Source: Trichormus sp. ATA11-4-KO1 | GTDB lineage: Bacteria > Cyanobacteriota > Cyanobacteriia > Cyanobacteriales > Nostocaceae | Direction of reading: 5' to 3' | Length of the DNA stretch: 64,000 bases | Assembly: GCA_019358915.1 (NCBI GenBank) | Contig: JAHHIM010000036.1 | Span: forward strand, 416,001 to 480,000 | Part shown: piece by piece, positions 10,638 through 21,632 of the stretch | How the letters are laid out: every line of letters begins with the position of its first letter | Numbering within the stretch: position 1 is the stretch's first letter | Made by a program: the position numbers and the translations under genes | Notes under the pieces: generated by a model | Told to the model about the DNA's origin: nothing | What the model saw: the letters and a program-made list of their open reading frames with translations, nothing else | The model's database searches: none

Positions 10638-11372
10638 CTATTTTTGTAAATTACCAACATGTAAACCACACTCTTTAGCGGTGGATTCTTCCCACCACCA
10701 ACGGCCTTCGCGTTCATGCTGGTTAGGTAACACTGGTCTGGTGCAGGGTTCGCAACCAATGCTGACAAAACCGCGTTCGTGCAATTTGTTGTAAGGCACA
10801 TCTAAGGCGCGGATGTATTCCCACACCTGTGCAGAAGACCAGTTTGCTAAGGGATTGAACTTAATTAATTGATGGTCTGCGGTGGAAAAGGCAGTATCAA
10901 CTTCAATTACAGGGATATGGTTGCGGGTACTAGGACTTTGGTCTTTGCGCTGACCTGTAATCCAAGCATCGAGGGTATGCAATTTGCGACGTAATGGCTT
11001 CACTTTCCTGACACCGCAGCATTCTTGATGACCATCTTGATAGAAACTAAACAAACCCTTCGCTTCTACTAAAGTTTGGACTTCTGCTGCATCGGGGAAC
11101 ATGACTTCTAATTTAATACCATAACGTTCTCTTACCTGATCCAAAAACTGATATGTTTCTGGGTGTAAGCGTCCAGTATCGAGTGTAAAAACACGGAAGT
11201 GTTTGGTAATTTTTGAGGCAATATCAATTAAAACAACATCCTCAGCACCACTGAAGGAAATCGAAATATTGTTAAAAGTTTCCAAGGCAAATTTGAGAAT
11301 TTCCCTTGGTGTTTTTTGACTATATTCTGCTTCTAGGGCGGGAATATTTAAATTCGTTTTAGCGGCTACCAT
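10638..11372 (-). CDS. cysH: (Phospho)adenylyl-sulfate reductase, Fe-S cysteine-bearing (APS reductase) type
   Basis: [46 protein letters not shown]. Confidence 0.93.
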   Translation of the reverse strand: MVAAKTNLNIPALEAEYSQKTPREILKFALETFNNISISFSGAEDVVLIDIASKITKHFRVFTLDTGRLHPETYQFLDQVRERYGIKLEVMFPDAAEVQTLVEAKGLFSFYQDGHQECCGVRKVKPLRRKLHTLDAWITGQRKDQSPSTRNHIPVIEVDTAFSTADHQLIKFNPLANWSSAQVWEYIRALDVPYNKLHERGFVSIGCEPCTRPVLPNQHEREGRWWWEESTAKECGLHVGNLQK

Positions 11373-11572
11373 GTCTTTAGTGTTCTCCTCTGGCTCACCC
11401 TGGATTCTACCAAGTTCAGATGCTTTTATCCCAATTGTGGGAAAATTGAGTTACAGAAGAGAGAAATTAAGACACATCAGGCGTTGCTGAATGAGAGTAT
11501 AAATTTACCTCACGCAGAGGAGCAGAGAATAAGAGTGAGCGATCGCCATGACCCAGCAGTAGACCCATACTG

Positions 11573-13015
11573 TCACCTGTACTCTGTTCCCTCTCTTTGA
11601 TGCTGATAATATTTGTGGGCTGCCATAGCCATTGCTAAAAATCCCCACAGAATCATCCCTGCTACACTCAGCATGGCACTATTGCCTACTAGCTGTACAC
11701 AAGAACTCAGACCAATGGCGCGGGCTGCACTGACAAAACTATCAAACCTAGCTTCTGTGTATTTACTGACAGTGATAATAATCAAGATTAACCCACCAAG
11801 ATAAGGGATAGCGCCCAACCAACCCAAGGTGAAAAACATATCTAAAATACCACTGTCAAGCACAAAGACTTCTATTTGACCAGTTTTTTCGTTGACAGTC
11901 CAAATATTTCCTAAACCATTACCTAAAACATTAGACAGGGCTAAACTGAGGTTTCTGTCATAGCTTCCCGATCTATCTCTAAAACTAGTATCTTCTTCAA
12001 GATTAGAAAAACTTTCAAAACGATCTGTAACTACATCAGAAATAGGTTCAATATTCGTCAGTGGTACAACACACATTACCATGACTAAAATTATGGTAAT
12101 TAAGCGCATTTGAATCCGGGGCTTGACCGAGCCAAAAATCATCACTACCCCTAATAACCAGCCGCCCCAACTAGTACGTACTTGCGCTAATAAAAACGAC
12201 AAGTAACCAACTACTGAAGCAGGAAAGATTAAAGCTCCCGAACTAGTAAATAATAACAGCAGACCTGTTTGCATGACAGAAGCAAAGGGGCCGGGTGAGT
12301 GTAGAGTACTCCACACGCGCATCCCAAAAGGTTCAGGATCTCCAGAACTACTAAACATTTTTGACTCTATCAACCAGTATCTATCCCATTCAGGTGCTAC
12401 CACGAATTGATATAAGCCATAAATTCCGAGAATCAATACACCCCAGAGGAATACACGTTGTATGTTCTGGCGATAGCTGGGATAATCTCGCCAGTTCATA
12501 AATAAGTGAAAAGCAAAAATGATGGGACTCAGCCAATCTAAAAAACCTCGTGCTACAGGAAGCGGTGCATTATAAATCAGACCGACTAAAAAACCATAAG
12601 ACACCCCGAAAAAAGCCAAAACAAACGGCAATCCTCCCTGACGTGTAGCGCGAGGAAAATGTCTTAAGAAAGTCGCTATAGTCACAAACACCACTAAGTA
12701 AGGTGCCACGAGCATCTGACGGGTAGGGTCCCAGCCAACTCGATAGTCAATTAAACGCGCAGCAAAGGGTGTAAGGAACCATATCCACCAGGTAAAGCCG
12801 ATGTAAAGAATGGGATGGCGCAAGTATAAAAATACAGCTACCACCAAAGCTGTGACCGGATAAACCAAGCGCAACAGCGCCGCCGCACCAGCAAAATAGC
12901 AAGTTACTGTCAGCAACACAAAGCCCAGAATTGCCAGCCAACCTTGTAGCGATCGCTGTTGGGGAAAAAAGTGTGATTCTAAAAAACTATGAAAATGTAT
13001 CTGTTTAGAAATCAT
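11573..13015 (-). CDS. Polytopic membrane protein, Wzy/O-antigen ligase-like; last gene of the HEP island
   Basis: About 11 hydrophobic segments, RVWSTLHSPG, GNGLG and DSG motifs; ATG 13015 preferred. Confidence 0.75.
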   Translation of the reverse strand: MISKQIHFHSFLESHFFPQQRSLQGWLAILGFVLLTVTCYFAGAAALLRLVYPVTALVVAVFLYLRHPILYIGFTWWIWFLTPFAARLIDYRVGWDPTRQMLVAPYLVVFVTIATFLRHFPRATRQGGLPFVLAFFGVSYGFLVGLIYNAPLPVARGFLDWLSPIIFAFHLFMNWRDYPSYRQNIQRVFLWGVLILGIYGLYQFVVAPEWDRYWLIESKMFSSSGDPEPFGMRVWSTLHSPGPFASVMQTGLLLLFTSSGALIFPASVVGYLSFLLAQVRTSWGGWLLGVVMIFGSVKPRIQMRLITIILVMVMCVVPLTNIEPISDVVTDRFESFSNLEEDTSFRDRSGSYDRNLSLALSNVLGNGLGNIWTVNEKTGQIEVFVLDSGILDMFFTLGWLGAIPYLGGLILIIITVSKYTEARFDSFVSAARAIGLSSCVQLVGNSAMLSVAGMILWGFLAMAMAAHKYYQHQREGTEYR

Positions 13016-13092
13016 GTATTGAAAATTAGGGACTAAAGATTGGAAACATAGAAATAAAACCATCTTGTAGATGCAATTCCCATTTTTAATTT

Positions 13093-14019
13093 CTAATTTT
13101 TAATTTTTAATTGTTTTTGTGCTTGCCAACGTCCACGCCAGGATGCTAATAATTTTTGACTGGCAAGTTGGCCTTCACTGGGTAATAATCTCAGCCATTG
13201 GATGCAGCCTAAATTATCTCGTGTACCCACTAATATTGCCCAGAGCCAAAATATGATACGACGTGATTTCGGTAGATGTTCTAGTAAAACTAAAGTTTCG
13301 TTATGAACTAAATTAATAAAGGCAACTTCATTAAAGTTGTGGCGCTGGTCTTCATCAAAACGTTGTGCTGGATAATGATCTACTGCTACTTGGGGATCAT
13401 AAATCATCTTCCAACCAGCTCGTTTTAATGCCAGGGTGAATGCCATTTCAAAATGTACCTGCGCTCCAGTACCACGCATCCGTTGATCAAATTGTAATTG
13501 CCCCATCGCTTGGGTACGAAAACTCATGTTTACGCCTTTGAGAACATCAACTTCGCGGGGTTTTCCTACTCCTAAATGATGATTGCCAATTACCCGGCCA
13601 AACCACTGCAATTTACCAACGATCGCCGCTTGTCCATTTTCTAGTTTGTTGCCGTAGTGTACCCAATCACGGCCACCAACACCGCCAATGCAACTATCAC
13701 TGATAAAGTGAGCAGTAATTCTTTCTAACCAATCAGGGTGGGGTGCAGCATCATCATCAGTGATGGAAAGAATATCTCCTGCTACAGGCGCTAATCCGGC
13801 GTTGAGTGCTGCTACTACTCCCGGTTGCGTTATCTTGACAGTTTGCAATGGTAGGTTTTGGGGGTGGAATTCGGCGAGAAATTGCCAAGTTTCTGCATCT
13901 GTATCCCGAACCACCACTATCACCTGATCAACAGGTTTAGTTTGCACCTGTAGCGCCAAAAGGCAGCGTGATAGATCCAGAGGACGACGATAAGTTGGGA
14001 TGAGAACTGTGTTCCTCAT
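13093..14019 (-). CDS. Glycosyltransferase family 2
   Basis: TVLIPTYRR, ALNAG, TDDDA, GVNMSFR. Confidence 0.92.
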   Translation of the reverse strand: MRNTVLIPTYRRPLDLSRCLLALQVQTKPVDQVIVVVRDTDAETWQFLAEFHPQNLPLQTVKITQPGVVAALNAGLAPVAGDILSITDDDAAPHPDWLERITAHFISDSCIGGVGGRDWVHYGNKLENGQAAIVGKLQWFGRVIGNHHLGVGKPREVDVLKGVNMSFRTQAMGQLQFDQRMRGTGAQVHFEMAFTLALKRAGWKMIYDPQVAVDHYPAQRFDEDQRHNFNEVAFINLVHNETLVLLEHLPKSRRIIFWLWAILVGTRDNLGCIQWLRLLPSEGQLASQKLLASWRGRWQAQKQLKIKN

Positions 14020-15136
14020 GCTGAATTAACTCCTCAAATAGATCCAAATAAGTTTGCGCCATCTTCGTCCAACTATGTTGTTCTGCGACTGAGCGAGCTG
14101 CTTGACCCATTTTTTGCCGCAATAAGCGATCGCTAGCTAGTAACTGCAATGCCTGTGTTAAAGCTTCTGTATCGTCTGAGTCTGGCAAAACTATTCCCGA
14201 TTCTGGTGTTACTAAATCAGCTGCACCAGTGGAAATTGCTGTAATCACGGGTAAACCAGCAGCCATTGCTTCAATCACCACTAAGCCAAACGGCTCGTAA
14301 CGTGACGGAAAAACCAAAAAATCTACAGCTTTCATTAGTTCTGGAACATCAGACCTGAGTCCCAAAAAATGTACTCGCTCATGCAATCCCAGTGATGCTG
14401 CTAGCTGAACATAAGGACTACCTTCGGTATTTCCTGCTACCGCTAGATGTAAATCAGGAACTTGCACTAAAGCTTGCAAGACTGTATCCAAGTTCTTGCG
14501 AGTCAGTCTGATATCTCCAGCAAATAACGCAAGGGGTACATTTTCAGGCAATTGCCATTTTTGGCGTTTGCTAACCCCTGGGGAAAATTCCTGTAAATCA
14601 ACGCCATTTAAAATTACCCGGATGGACTCTGGCGATACACCTATTGCTAATAAATCTTGAACGACTTTATGAGAAACTGCCACTACTACTGGCGCTGCAC
14701 GAAAAGCTTTTTTTTCCCAATGTGCATTTAAAGCTGTATATAGCCATTGGTAAAAATCATATCCATTGAAAGTTTTAGTTTTCTGAGAAATAAATTTTAA
14801 CCAAGAACTATGAACAAAATGCACTGCATTAACATCTCCAGGAGCATTGGTAATTGCTCCATTAACTTTTATAATGTCAAGCTCATGGCGGTGTTTACGT
14901 AACCAAATTGTACTTTTAATGGCAAATATCATGTTACGGAGAAACTCCGTAGGCCAACCTTTTACTGAAATGGTAACCCAATTAACTTGGGGGCTTTGCT
15001 GTAATTCTAAAGCCACCTGACTTGCTAATAAGGTTAGGTGATGACCGCGACGAATTGCTTCTTGAGCAACTTCGTAATTTACTCGACCTTGACCATCACC
15101 TTTTTGAATTTTATGGGTAACAATGCAAAGTTTCAC
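13937..15136 (-). CDS. Glycosyltransferase family 4 (GT-B)
   Basis: NGVD, KNLD, PSRYEPFGLVVIEAMAAGLPVI. Confidence 0.93.
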   Translation of the reverse strand: MKLCIVTHKIQKGDGQGRVNYEVAQEAIRRGHHLTLLASQVALELQQSPQVNWVTISVKGWPTEFLRNMIFAIKSTIWLRKHRHELDIIKVNGAITNAPGDVNAVHFVHSSWLKFISQKTKTFNGYDFYQWLYTALNAHWEKKAFRAAPVVVAVSHKVVQDLLAIGVSPESIRVILNGVDLQEFSPGVSKRQKWQLPENVPLALFAGDIRLTRKNLDTVLQALVQVPDLHLAVAGNTEGSPYVQLAASLGLHERVHFLGLRSDVPELMKAVDFLVFPSRYEPFGLVVIEAMAAGLPVITAISTGAADLVTPESGIVLPDSDDTEALTQALQLLASDRLLRQKMGQAARSVAEQHSWTKMAQTYLDLFEELIQHEEHSSHPNLSSSSGSITLPFGATGAN

Positions 15137-15336
15137 ACATCACTTCCTTATATATTCAACCTCTTGCATAAATACTTTGGTGTTGCTGATAATACTATTA
15201 AAAGGTTCGCGCAAAGAAGACCGCAAACAATACATCTATTTAGATTGTTAAATCATTCGTGTAAGAGGTCTATTCTCTGGCAGGATATAACTACTATGAC
15301 TTTACGTAGTTAAATTTGTGAAATTATTGCTTTGAT

Positions 15337-15437
15337 AGGACTTACGCAACGACTCTCTGAAACTCTCATTCCTCCGTGTTCTCAGCGTCTCTGTGGTTCG
15401 ATAAATTAAGCCTTTTGGTGATTTTTGCGTAAGTCCT
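15337..15437. mobile_element. MITE-like element, copy 1 (AGGACTTACGCAA terminal inverted repeats)
   Basis: Perfect 13-bp inverted ends AGGACTTACGCAA / TTGCGTAAGTCCT; related copies at 36371 and 38281. Confidence 0.8.
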
Positions 15438-15444
15438 GTTTGGT

Positions 15445-16449
15445 TTATTTGGGTATTCCTAGTATAGGATTTGCTAAAAGTTTGGGAATAAAACTGAGAG
15501 TTAATGCCGCTATAGTTCGCAGATTAAATTTTTGCTGGCTCAGGGCTTGCCAAAGATGAGAACGTGCTGATATTGTTTGTTTATTTCGCAATAAACCAAT
15601 TCCTAAAGTAGTATTAGATTCTAACCATTTCTGTTGAAAGTAGGTTTGAAATTCCTGTATACGAGGATCTTGTATAAAGATTTGGTAACAGAAGATTTCA
15701 CTTTTAGCTTTGCGAATTTTGGCTTCTACATTACGACTACCACTAAGCTTAGTATCAGTTTGCTCATGGTCTCGATATCTTGTCAATTTTTCTGGATAAT
15801 AGTAAGCACCATGACCAGAGATACAGCAAAGATAAGTTAAATATAAATCCCACATGCCGCCAATTTCTGAAGGAATACTATCCCAATCAATCAAATTATT
15901 GCGAAGCACACAAGCGGCGGCGGTGGCTATACTTTTATCTATTAACCCAACTTTGTGGAAAGGTTGATGAACCCCTGGTGCTAGTTTATCTCGCTTGTAA
16001 CTTTGGCTATTTCTTTTAGTTCCGCTATCTTTAATTTTGCCATGTGCATCTATGATGTATTGGTCGCAAAAAGCGAGAATCAAATCAGAATTTGCTTCTA
16101 AGGGTGGGACAAGCTTTGCTAAAAAATCCTCATTCCACATGTCATCATCGTGGAGACTGGCAACATATTTACCACGTGCCATTTTGAAGGCGTGCATCTG
16201 ATTGGCAATCATGCCGAGATTTTGCTGTTGTCGCCAAAATCGAATGCGTGGATCTTGAAAAGATTCGACAATTGCTTGGGGATTTTCTGGACTACAGTTA
16301 TCAGAAACAATGATTTCGATATTTTGATAAGTCTGTTGCACAGCACTAGCGATCGCCTGCCGAAGATACTCCGTTCTATTATAAGTAGGAATAACAATAC
16401 TGACTAGAGGCTCGTTTACTTTGAACATATCATTAGTGATATTTTTCAT
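15445..16449 (-). CDS. Glycosyltransferase family 2
   Basis: VSIVIPTYNR, VSDNCS, LHDDD. Confidence 0.93.
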   Translation of the reverse strand: MKNITNDMFKVNEPLVSIVIPTYNRTEYLRQAIASAVQQTYQNIEIIVSDNCSPENPQAIVESFQDPRIRFWRQQQNLGMIANQMHAFKMARGKYVASLHDDDMWNEDFLAKLVPPLEANSDLILAFCDQYIIDAHGKIKDSGTKRNSQSYKRDKLAPGVHQPFHKVGLIDKSIATAAACVLRNNLIDWDSIPSEIGGMWDLYLTYLCCISGHGAYYYPEKLTRYRDHEQTDTKLSGSRNVEAKIRKAKSEIFCYQIFIQDPRIQEFQTYFQQKWLESNTTLGIGLLRNKQTISARSHLWQALSQQKFNLRTIAALTLSFIPKLLANPILGIPK

Positions 16450-16513
16450 GTTTAAACATCTAGAAGTTACTCATTGATATAAAATACCTAATCAAAGGTA
16501 TATGCTGCGGCTT

Positions 16514-17542
16514 TTAAACTTGGTTTTTCGAGATTAAAGGTTTAAATAATAAGCCGACATTGCTATAAAATTGAGTAACAATAGACATAATTACATCTAA
16601 GATTTTTCTTAAATCTACATTTTTAGATGCTTTAGGTATTTTGTAATCAGGTATATCAGCGATACCTAATGATTGAGCATATTGACGGCAAGATTCCCAA
16701 TCGTATCTCCAAATATCTTCCATCCAAAATCGTCGCATTCCATACTTATGGAAATAACGCAGAACTTCAAAATCGTAGTGATAATACTTTTGTTTGATAA
16801 TCGTATGCATATCAATTCCCCGTTCTTCCCAGCCTGTAAACCACTCATCAGGAGCAGGTTCTAATTTGCCGATACTCAAGTAACAAAGTTTTGCAGAATA
16901 GCGCGATCGCCTGCCTATGGCATGACCAACTTCTAAGACATTCTCGATGACACTATATAAACGTAACTTTGAGGATTGTGCATCCAAACGAGCCAAGGCA
17001 TAGTGCATCACCTTGATGTCATGGATATGCAGCCTCGTAGCATATTCAGGCGTGGGAATTCTGATACTATGAATTGACTGTGGCCGATGTTCGGCTCCAT
17101 CATCGACATAACCAAGGGGTGTAAGAATACCAGTTCTGATACATTGATGAGTTGTGTTAAATAAATCTGGCTTTTCAAAATATAAAACTGTCCCTGGTTT
17201 TGCTTTGAGCATGGCTTGCCAGCTTGGAGTTTTGATGGCATCAGCAGCTAGTATTTCATCAGCATCTAAAGCTAAGATAATTTTATGATCTGGGATTAAA
17301 TCTCTGGCTGCCTGAATCAATAATAACTGCCGATCTGATTCATTAAATTTTTCAGATTTGTTCTCAATAAGTATAACTTTGGGATATTTTTTACAAATAG
17401 CCTGACTGCCATCAATGGAATTTTGATCGGCAATAATTATGTGGTCGGCGAATTGACTAGTGACAGATAAAAAGCGATCTAAAATCCAGGCTTCATTTTT
17501 TACGGGAGTAATTACTACAATTTGAGGTTTCTGGCTTTCCAT
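16514..17542 (-). CDS. Glycosyltransferase family 2
   Basis: TPVKNE, ADQNSIDG, LDADE. Confidence 0.88.
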   Translation of the reverse strand: MESQKPQIVVITPVKNEAWILDRFLSVTSQFADHIIIADQNSIDGSQAICKKYPKVILIENKSEKFNESDRQLLLIQAARDLIPDHKIILALDADEILAADAIKTPSWQAMLKAKPGTVLYFEKPDLFNTTHQCIRTGILTPLGYVDDGAEHRPQSIHSIRIPTPEYATRLHIHDIKVMHYALARLDAQSSKLRLYSVIENVLEVGHAIGRRSRYSAKLCYLSIGKLEPAPDEWFTGWEERGIDMHTIIKQKYYHYDFEVLRYFHKYGMRRFWMEDIWRYDWESCRQYAQSLGIADIPDYKIPKASKNVDLRKILDVIMSIVTQFYSNVGLLFKPLISKNQV

Positions 17543-17605
17543 TGTTTATTTCTCTGCTTCAAGATGGATAAATCATGACATTTATTTGCAAATTACTGGT
17601 AAATT

Positions 17606-18730
17606 TCAAGCATGAAAATCAGCAATAGTTTTTTCGTAAATTTTTTCTAACCGTTGAATGTGAACATCAATAGTAAACTCTTGCTGAAACCAAACCTGGC
17701 CATGTTCACCCATCAATCGGCTTTTGGGAAAGTTTGTTCCTAGTTCGTTGATAGCAGCAGCTAACTGTTTGATGTTGTTGGGTGCAACTAAGATACCTGT
17801 TTCGCCATCGCGAATGTGTTCAGGAATCCCTCCTACTGCACTGGCAATTATCGGTCGATAGTGACTATAAGCTTCGAGAGTTACAAGACCGGCAGGTTCA
17901 GGCCAAAGACTAGGAAAGACTACAGCAAAGCATTGTTGATAAAGTTCTTCTAATTTGTCGCCGTTACACCAGCCATGCCAAGTAATGCGATCGCTTAACC
18001 CCATCTGATGTGCTAATTTTTCCACACTTGGCTTACTCCAACCATCTCCAGCAATGTCAAGATGAATGCGTTGGTCGGAGAGTGCCAAAGCTTTAATCAG
18101 CCATTCCAATCCTTTTTCAGGCACAATGCGACCAGCAAACAAAAGGCGCTGATTTTGATGAATAGTTGAGTTTAAAGGTTCAGGAGTATCTTTGGGAGGT
18201 TGCACACCACAGCGCAGGGTCACCACTCGTTCAGGTGATAAACCGTGACTAATGATTTGCTGCCGTACATAATCACTATTAGCAATCACCGGAATTTTCA
18301 ATTTTTTGAGTACTTCTAGAGGATGGTAAGCATTTAACCAATTCTGAATAATTTTTTGGGGTCGGCGGCTACCACATCCATCGACTAAATGTCCCCAAGC
18401 ACATCCCAGTGGATTCATCAAGCGATCGCACACTTTTTCTCGATTTGCTAAATATTTCGTGCCACTGGGACAGTAATTAGAGTTATTATGCAGGGTAAGT
18501 ATAGCCGGACATTCTTCTCGCAGATCCATGAGTATATCTGGGTCGTGAATGTGCAGCAATTGGAACTGGTGTTGATCGATATTTTTGAGACAAGATATGG
18601 TGCGATCGCTCACTCCAGGAATTTGAGAATTTACCAAAGATGCTAAATAAGTTTCAATACCGCCGCCTCCCTTGATATCAGCATGGGAGCAGTGATAAAT
18701 CATTTTTTTATCAACCAATTTATAGCCCAT
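17606..18730 (-). CDS. Glycosyltransferase family 4
   Basis: GGGIE, FAGRIVPEKG, PSLWPEPAGLVTLEA. Confidence 0.92.
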   Translation of the reverse strand: MGYKLVDKKMIYHCSHADIKGGGGIETYLASLVNSQIPGVSDRTISCLKNIDQHQFQLLHIHDPDILMDLREECPAILTLHNNSNYCPSGTKYLANREKVCDRLMNPLGCAWGHLVDGCGSRRPQKIIQNWLNAYHPLEVLKKLKIPVIANSDYVRQQIISHGLSPERVVTLRCGVQPPKDTPEPLNSTIHQNQRLLFAGRIVPEKGLEWLIKALALSDQRIHLDIAGDGWSKPSVEKLAHQMGLSDRITWHGWCNGDKLEELYQQCFAVVFPSLWPEPAGLVTLEAYSHYRPIIASAVGGIPEHIRDGETGILVAPNNIKQLAAAINELGTNFPKSRLMGEHGQVWFQQEFTIDVHIQRLEKIYEKTIADFHA

Positions 18731-18799
18731 ATATACTTTGTTTATTTGTCGCTGGAATCCTAATAGTTTTAGAAGAAATTGGTTCCTGATTGTGATTTT

Positions 18800-19639
18800 T
18801 CAGTGTTCTACATTCATCCAGAATTTATGCCTAATATCACTAACATAATGCCGTAAAGCAATTTCTTTACTAGCAAATTTATCTGGATAAATAAATTGGT
18901 CGGCAACATTCAAAACATACTTTTGTGAGCATAATGGTACACCATGATTATGATGAATTGTCAAATGTACAATTGTTTGCTCAGTAAAATAGCTAGGTAT
19001 TCCCACGAGATTGGCCAAGCGTTTAATTGCAAAACTCCAATCCAACTCATGCTTAAACAAAATGAAGCCTGCATTCACAGGATTTACTTTTTCTGCCACT
19101 TCATAAATCATGCGTCTGTCTAGTGAATTTGAGCAATCAAGTAGATAATGACAATATTTACTATCTAAATTAGCTAAACTAACTAAGTCAATTCCCCCTG
19201 GGAAGAATAAAATATCTGAATCAGTATAAATAGTTGCACCATTAACAGGAATCGACATCAATGCTGATAACTTTTTACCCAGTGGATGCACTTGGGAATA
19301 ATCAGATACACATTGTGGCAAATCTGTTTTGAGAAACTTGTTGATGGGGATGACTTCAACGCAAGGATGAATGCGGCTAAGCAACTGACAACTTAAATCA
19401 GTGTAACTACCATCAGAAATGACAGTGAATGTATTGGGAATCCCAATATTGTGAAGAAACGAGCGAATACTAGCTACTTGTTCAGGTAAGTCGCGCTCAC
19501 AAGAGAAAGCATAGACATTAATGGGAACTTTTTGAGATGTATTGATGGGAAGATTAACTGTTTTAGCCAGATTTGATTTATATCGAGAGCGATGGAGTTT
19601 ACCTTGAATCTGAGCAGTATGATAGCCAATATTTACCAT
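18800..19639 (-). CDS. Putative GT-A fold nucleotide-sugar transferase
   Basis: YTDSDILFF (DxD), VNAGF, EQT and late HY motif; sits inside the polysaccharide cluster. Confidence 0.6.
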   Translation of the reverse strand: MVNIGYHTAQIQGKLHRSRYKSNLAKTVNLPINTSQKVPINVYAFSCERDLPEQVASIRSFLHNIGIPNTFTVISDGSYTDLSCQLLSRIHPCVEVIPINKFLKTDLPQCVSDYSQVHPLGKKLSALMSIPVNGATIYTDSDILFFPGGIDLVSLANLDSKYCHYLLDCSNSLDRRMIYEVAEKVNPVNAGFILFKHELDWSFAIKRLANLVGIPSYFTEQTIVHLTIHHNHGVPLCSQKYVLNVADQFIYPDKFASKEIALRHYVSDIRHKFWMNVEH

Positions 19640-19724
19640 TGTTATTTCCTCGAAAAAACCAAATTACTGGTCTCAATTTAATTTGCAAAGTTGCAGAATT
19701 AAATCCGGAATGAATCGCCAAAAT

Positions 19725-21575
19725 TTATCCTGCTTGACCCATTTCATATTGAGTTTTGTGATATTCCCAAAGCTTGCCTTTAAGTTCAAGCAATTCTTGA
19801 TAATTACCTTGCTCAATGATGCGTCCTTGTTCTAATACCACGACCTTATGAGCTTGAGCGATAGTAGAAAGACGGTGAGCGATCGCAATTACTGTTCGAC
19901 CTACAGATAGCTTTTCGATAGAATCTTGAATCAAGCGCTCAGTCATGGAATCTAGGGCGCTGGTGGCTTCATCCAAAATCAGAATTTCTGGGTCACGCAG
20001 TAAAGCACGAGCGATCGCAATTCGTTGGCGTTGTCCTCCCGATAACCGTACACCGCGATCGCCTAATTGCGTATCAAAGCCTTCTGGCATTTCTTCAATA
20101 AATTCCAGTGCATTTGCTAGTTGAGCAACTTGGCGAATTTCCGCCTCATTTGCCTCTGGTGTACCATAAGCAATATTTTTCCACACAGAGGTATTGAAAA
20201 TAAACGTATCCTGACTAACAACGGCAATTTTTTGTCGGAGTGATTTGATATCAAAGTTTCGCAAATTCACTCCATCAATCAGTACGATACCTTCTGTGGG
20301 ATCGTAAAATCTCGGAATTAAATCAATCAATGTACTTTTACCAGCACCAGTCCCCCCAACCAAGGCTGTTGTTTTACCTTTTTCGATGCTAAGGGTAATA
20401 TTATTTAGCACTGTAGTATGAGCATCGTAGCCAAAATCTACAGACACGATATCAATTGAATGCTGTAGTTTATTAAACTTAATTTTGCCATTTTGCAAAT
20501 AATATTTATTGTCGGTTCTGATGAGTTCCTTAATATTATCTGCTGCTCCTTGGAGTGTGCTGAGATGCGCTCTAGTACCATTAATATCTTGAACGATGGG
20601 TACAACCCGAAAGAGTACAAAGAAAAATGTCAGCAAAGAAGCAACTTGTAGAGTTCCATTAACAACAAAAACAGTAAACGCAAAAATAATCATACCAATG
20701 AGAATCGTACTAGCTATAGCTTCAGCTAGAGGTCTTACAAGTGCCCAGGTCAATATAACTTTAGTTGAAGTACTGACTACTTTATCGCTAGCATTATAGA
20801 AACGTTGTCGTTCAAAGTCATGAGTAGCAAAAGCTTGAACTGTGCGAATGCCGTTAATAAATTCCATAGCTATAGAGGTAAAGTTACCATTAGCAATAGA
20901 AGTGCTAAAACTCGCTTCTCTGGCACGAGCATTTAATGTTGATAATCCTACACCCACCAGAGTAAATAATAGAAAAGAAATTATGGAAAGCTGCCATGAC
21001 AATAAAAACATGGAAATAAAGTAAACAAAGGCAGTCATTCCTCTAGTCATCAAAAATGCTGCTCCGCTAAACCACTGTCTCATTCTTTCAATTTCAGTGG
21101 TGATCGTATTAATTAGTTCTCCAGAGCGAGTTTTAGCAAAGTAGCTGAGTGGCAATCCTTGTAACTGTTCAAAAATTTGCTTACGCAAGCGATCGGCTAG
21201 CAATAATTGCGCCATTTCTGTGTATATCTGTGACAGGTAATTAAAGCCAGCACGCATCCACGTACTCAATAAAATTAACAAAGATATCCGATATAGTCTA
21301 TTAATTGCCGATGTATGAGCAGCTAAAACCCAAGTATCAAACCAAGCAAATCCAGTTTGAATTGGTTCAGCATCAGGAGTAGTTAAGTTTTGCAAAAATG
21401 AGAGGAGAAAACCAATACTAAAACCTTCAGACGCCGCAGCTAAAAATGAAAAACATAAAGCCAAAATAGCAACTTTGCGGAAGTATTTAAATTCTCGCAA
21501 TATTAAATAATTTCTTTGCCAGAACTTGGTATTTTTGAAGCGATTATGGATTAGTTGAGAACTTTTCAAATGCAT
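19725..21575 (-). CDS. hepA: Heterocyst polysaccharide ABC transporter HepA (TMD+NBD fusion)
   Basis: GGTGAGKST, LSGGQRQR, ILDEATS; N-terminal TM domain; immediately downstream of a hepC-like gene. Confidence 0.88.
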   Translation of the reverse strand: MHLKSSQLIHNRFKNTKFWQRNYLILREFKYFRKVAILALCFSFLAAASEGFSIGFLLSFLQNLTTPDAEPIQTGFAWFDTWVLAAHTSAINRLYRISLLILLSTWMRAGFNYLSQIYTEMAQLLLADRLRKQIFEQLQGLPLSYFAKTRSGELINTITTEIERMRQWFSGAAFLMTRGMTAFVYFISMFLLSWQLSIISFLLFTLVGVGLSTLNARAREASFSTSIANGNFTSIAMEFINGIRTVQAFATHDFERQRFYNASDKVVSTSTKVILTWALVRPLAEAIASTILIGMIIFAFTVFVVNGTLQVASLLTFFFVLFRVVPIVQDINGTRAHLSTLQGAADNIKELIRTDNKYYLQNGKIKFNKLQHSIDIVSVDFGYDAHTTVLNNITLSIEKGKTTALVGGTGAGKSTLIDLIPRFYDPTEGIVLIDGVNLRNFDIKSLRQKIAVVSQDTFIFNTSVWKNIAYGTPEANEAEIRQVAQLANALEFIEEMPEGFDTQLGDRGVRLSGGQRQRIAIARALLRDPEILILDEATSALDSMTERLIQDSIEKLSVGRTVIAIAHRLSTIAQAHKVVVLEQGRIIEQGNYQELLELKGKLWEYHKTQYEMGQAG

Positions 21576-21632
21576 GGGTATTTTCTAACAATAATTTCAG
21601 CAGTTGATGTAGATGCTAGATAACCCTTACTT

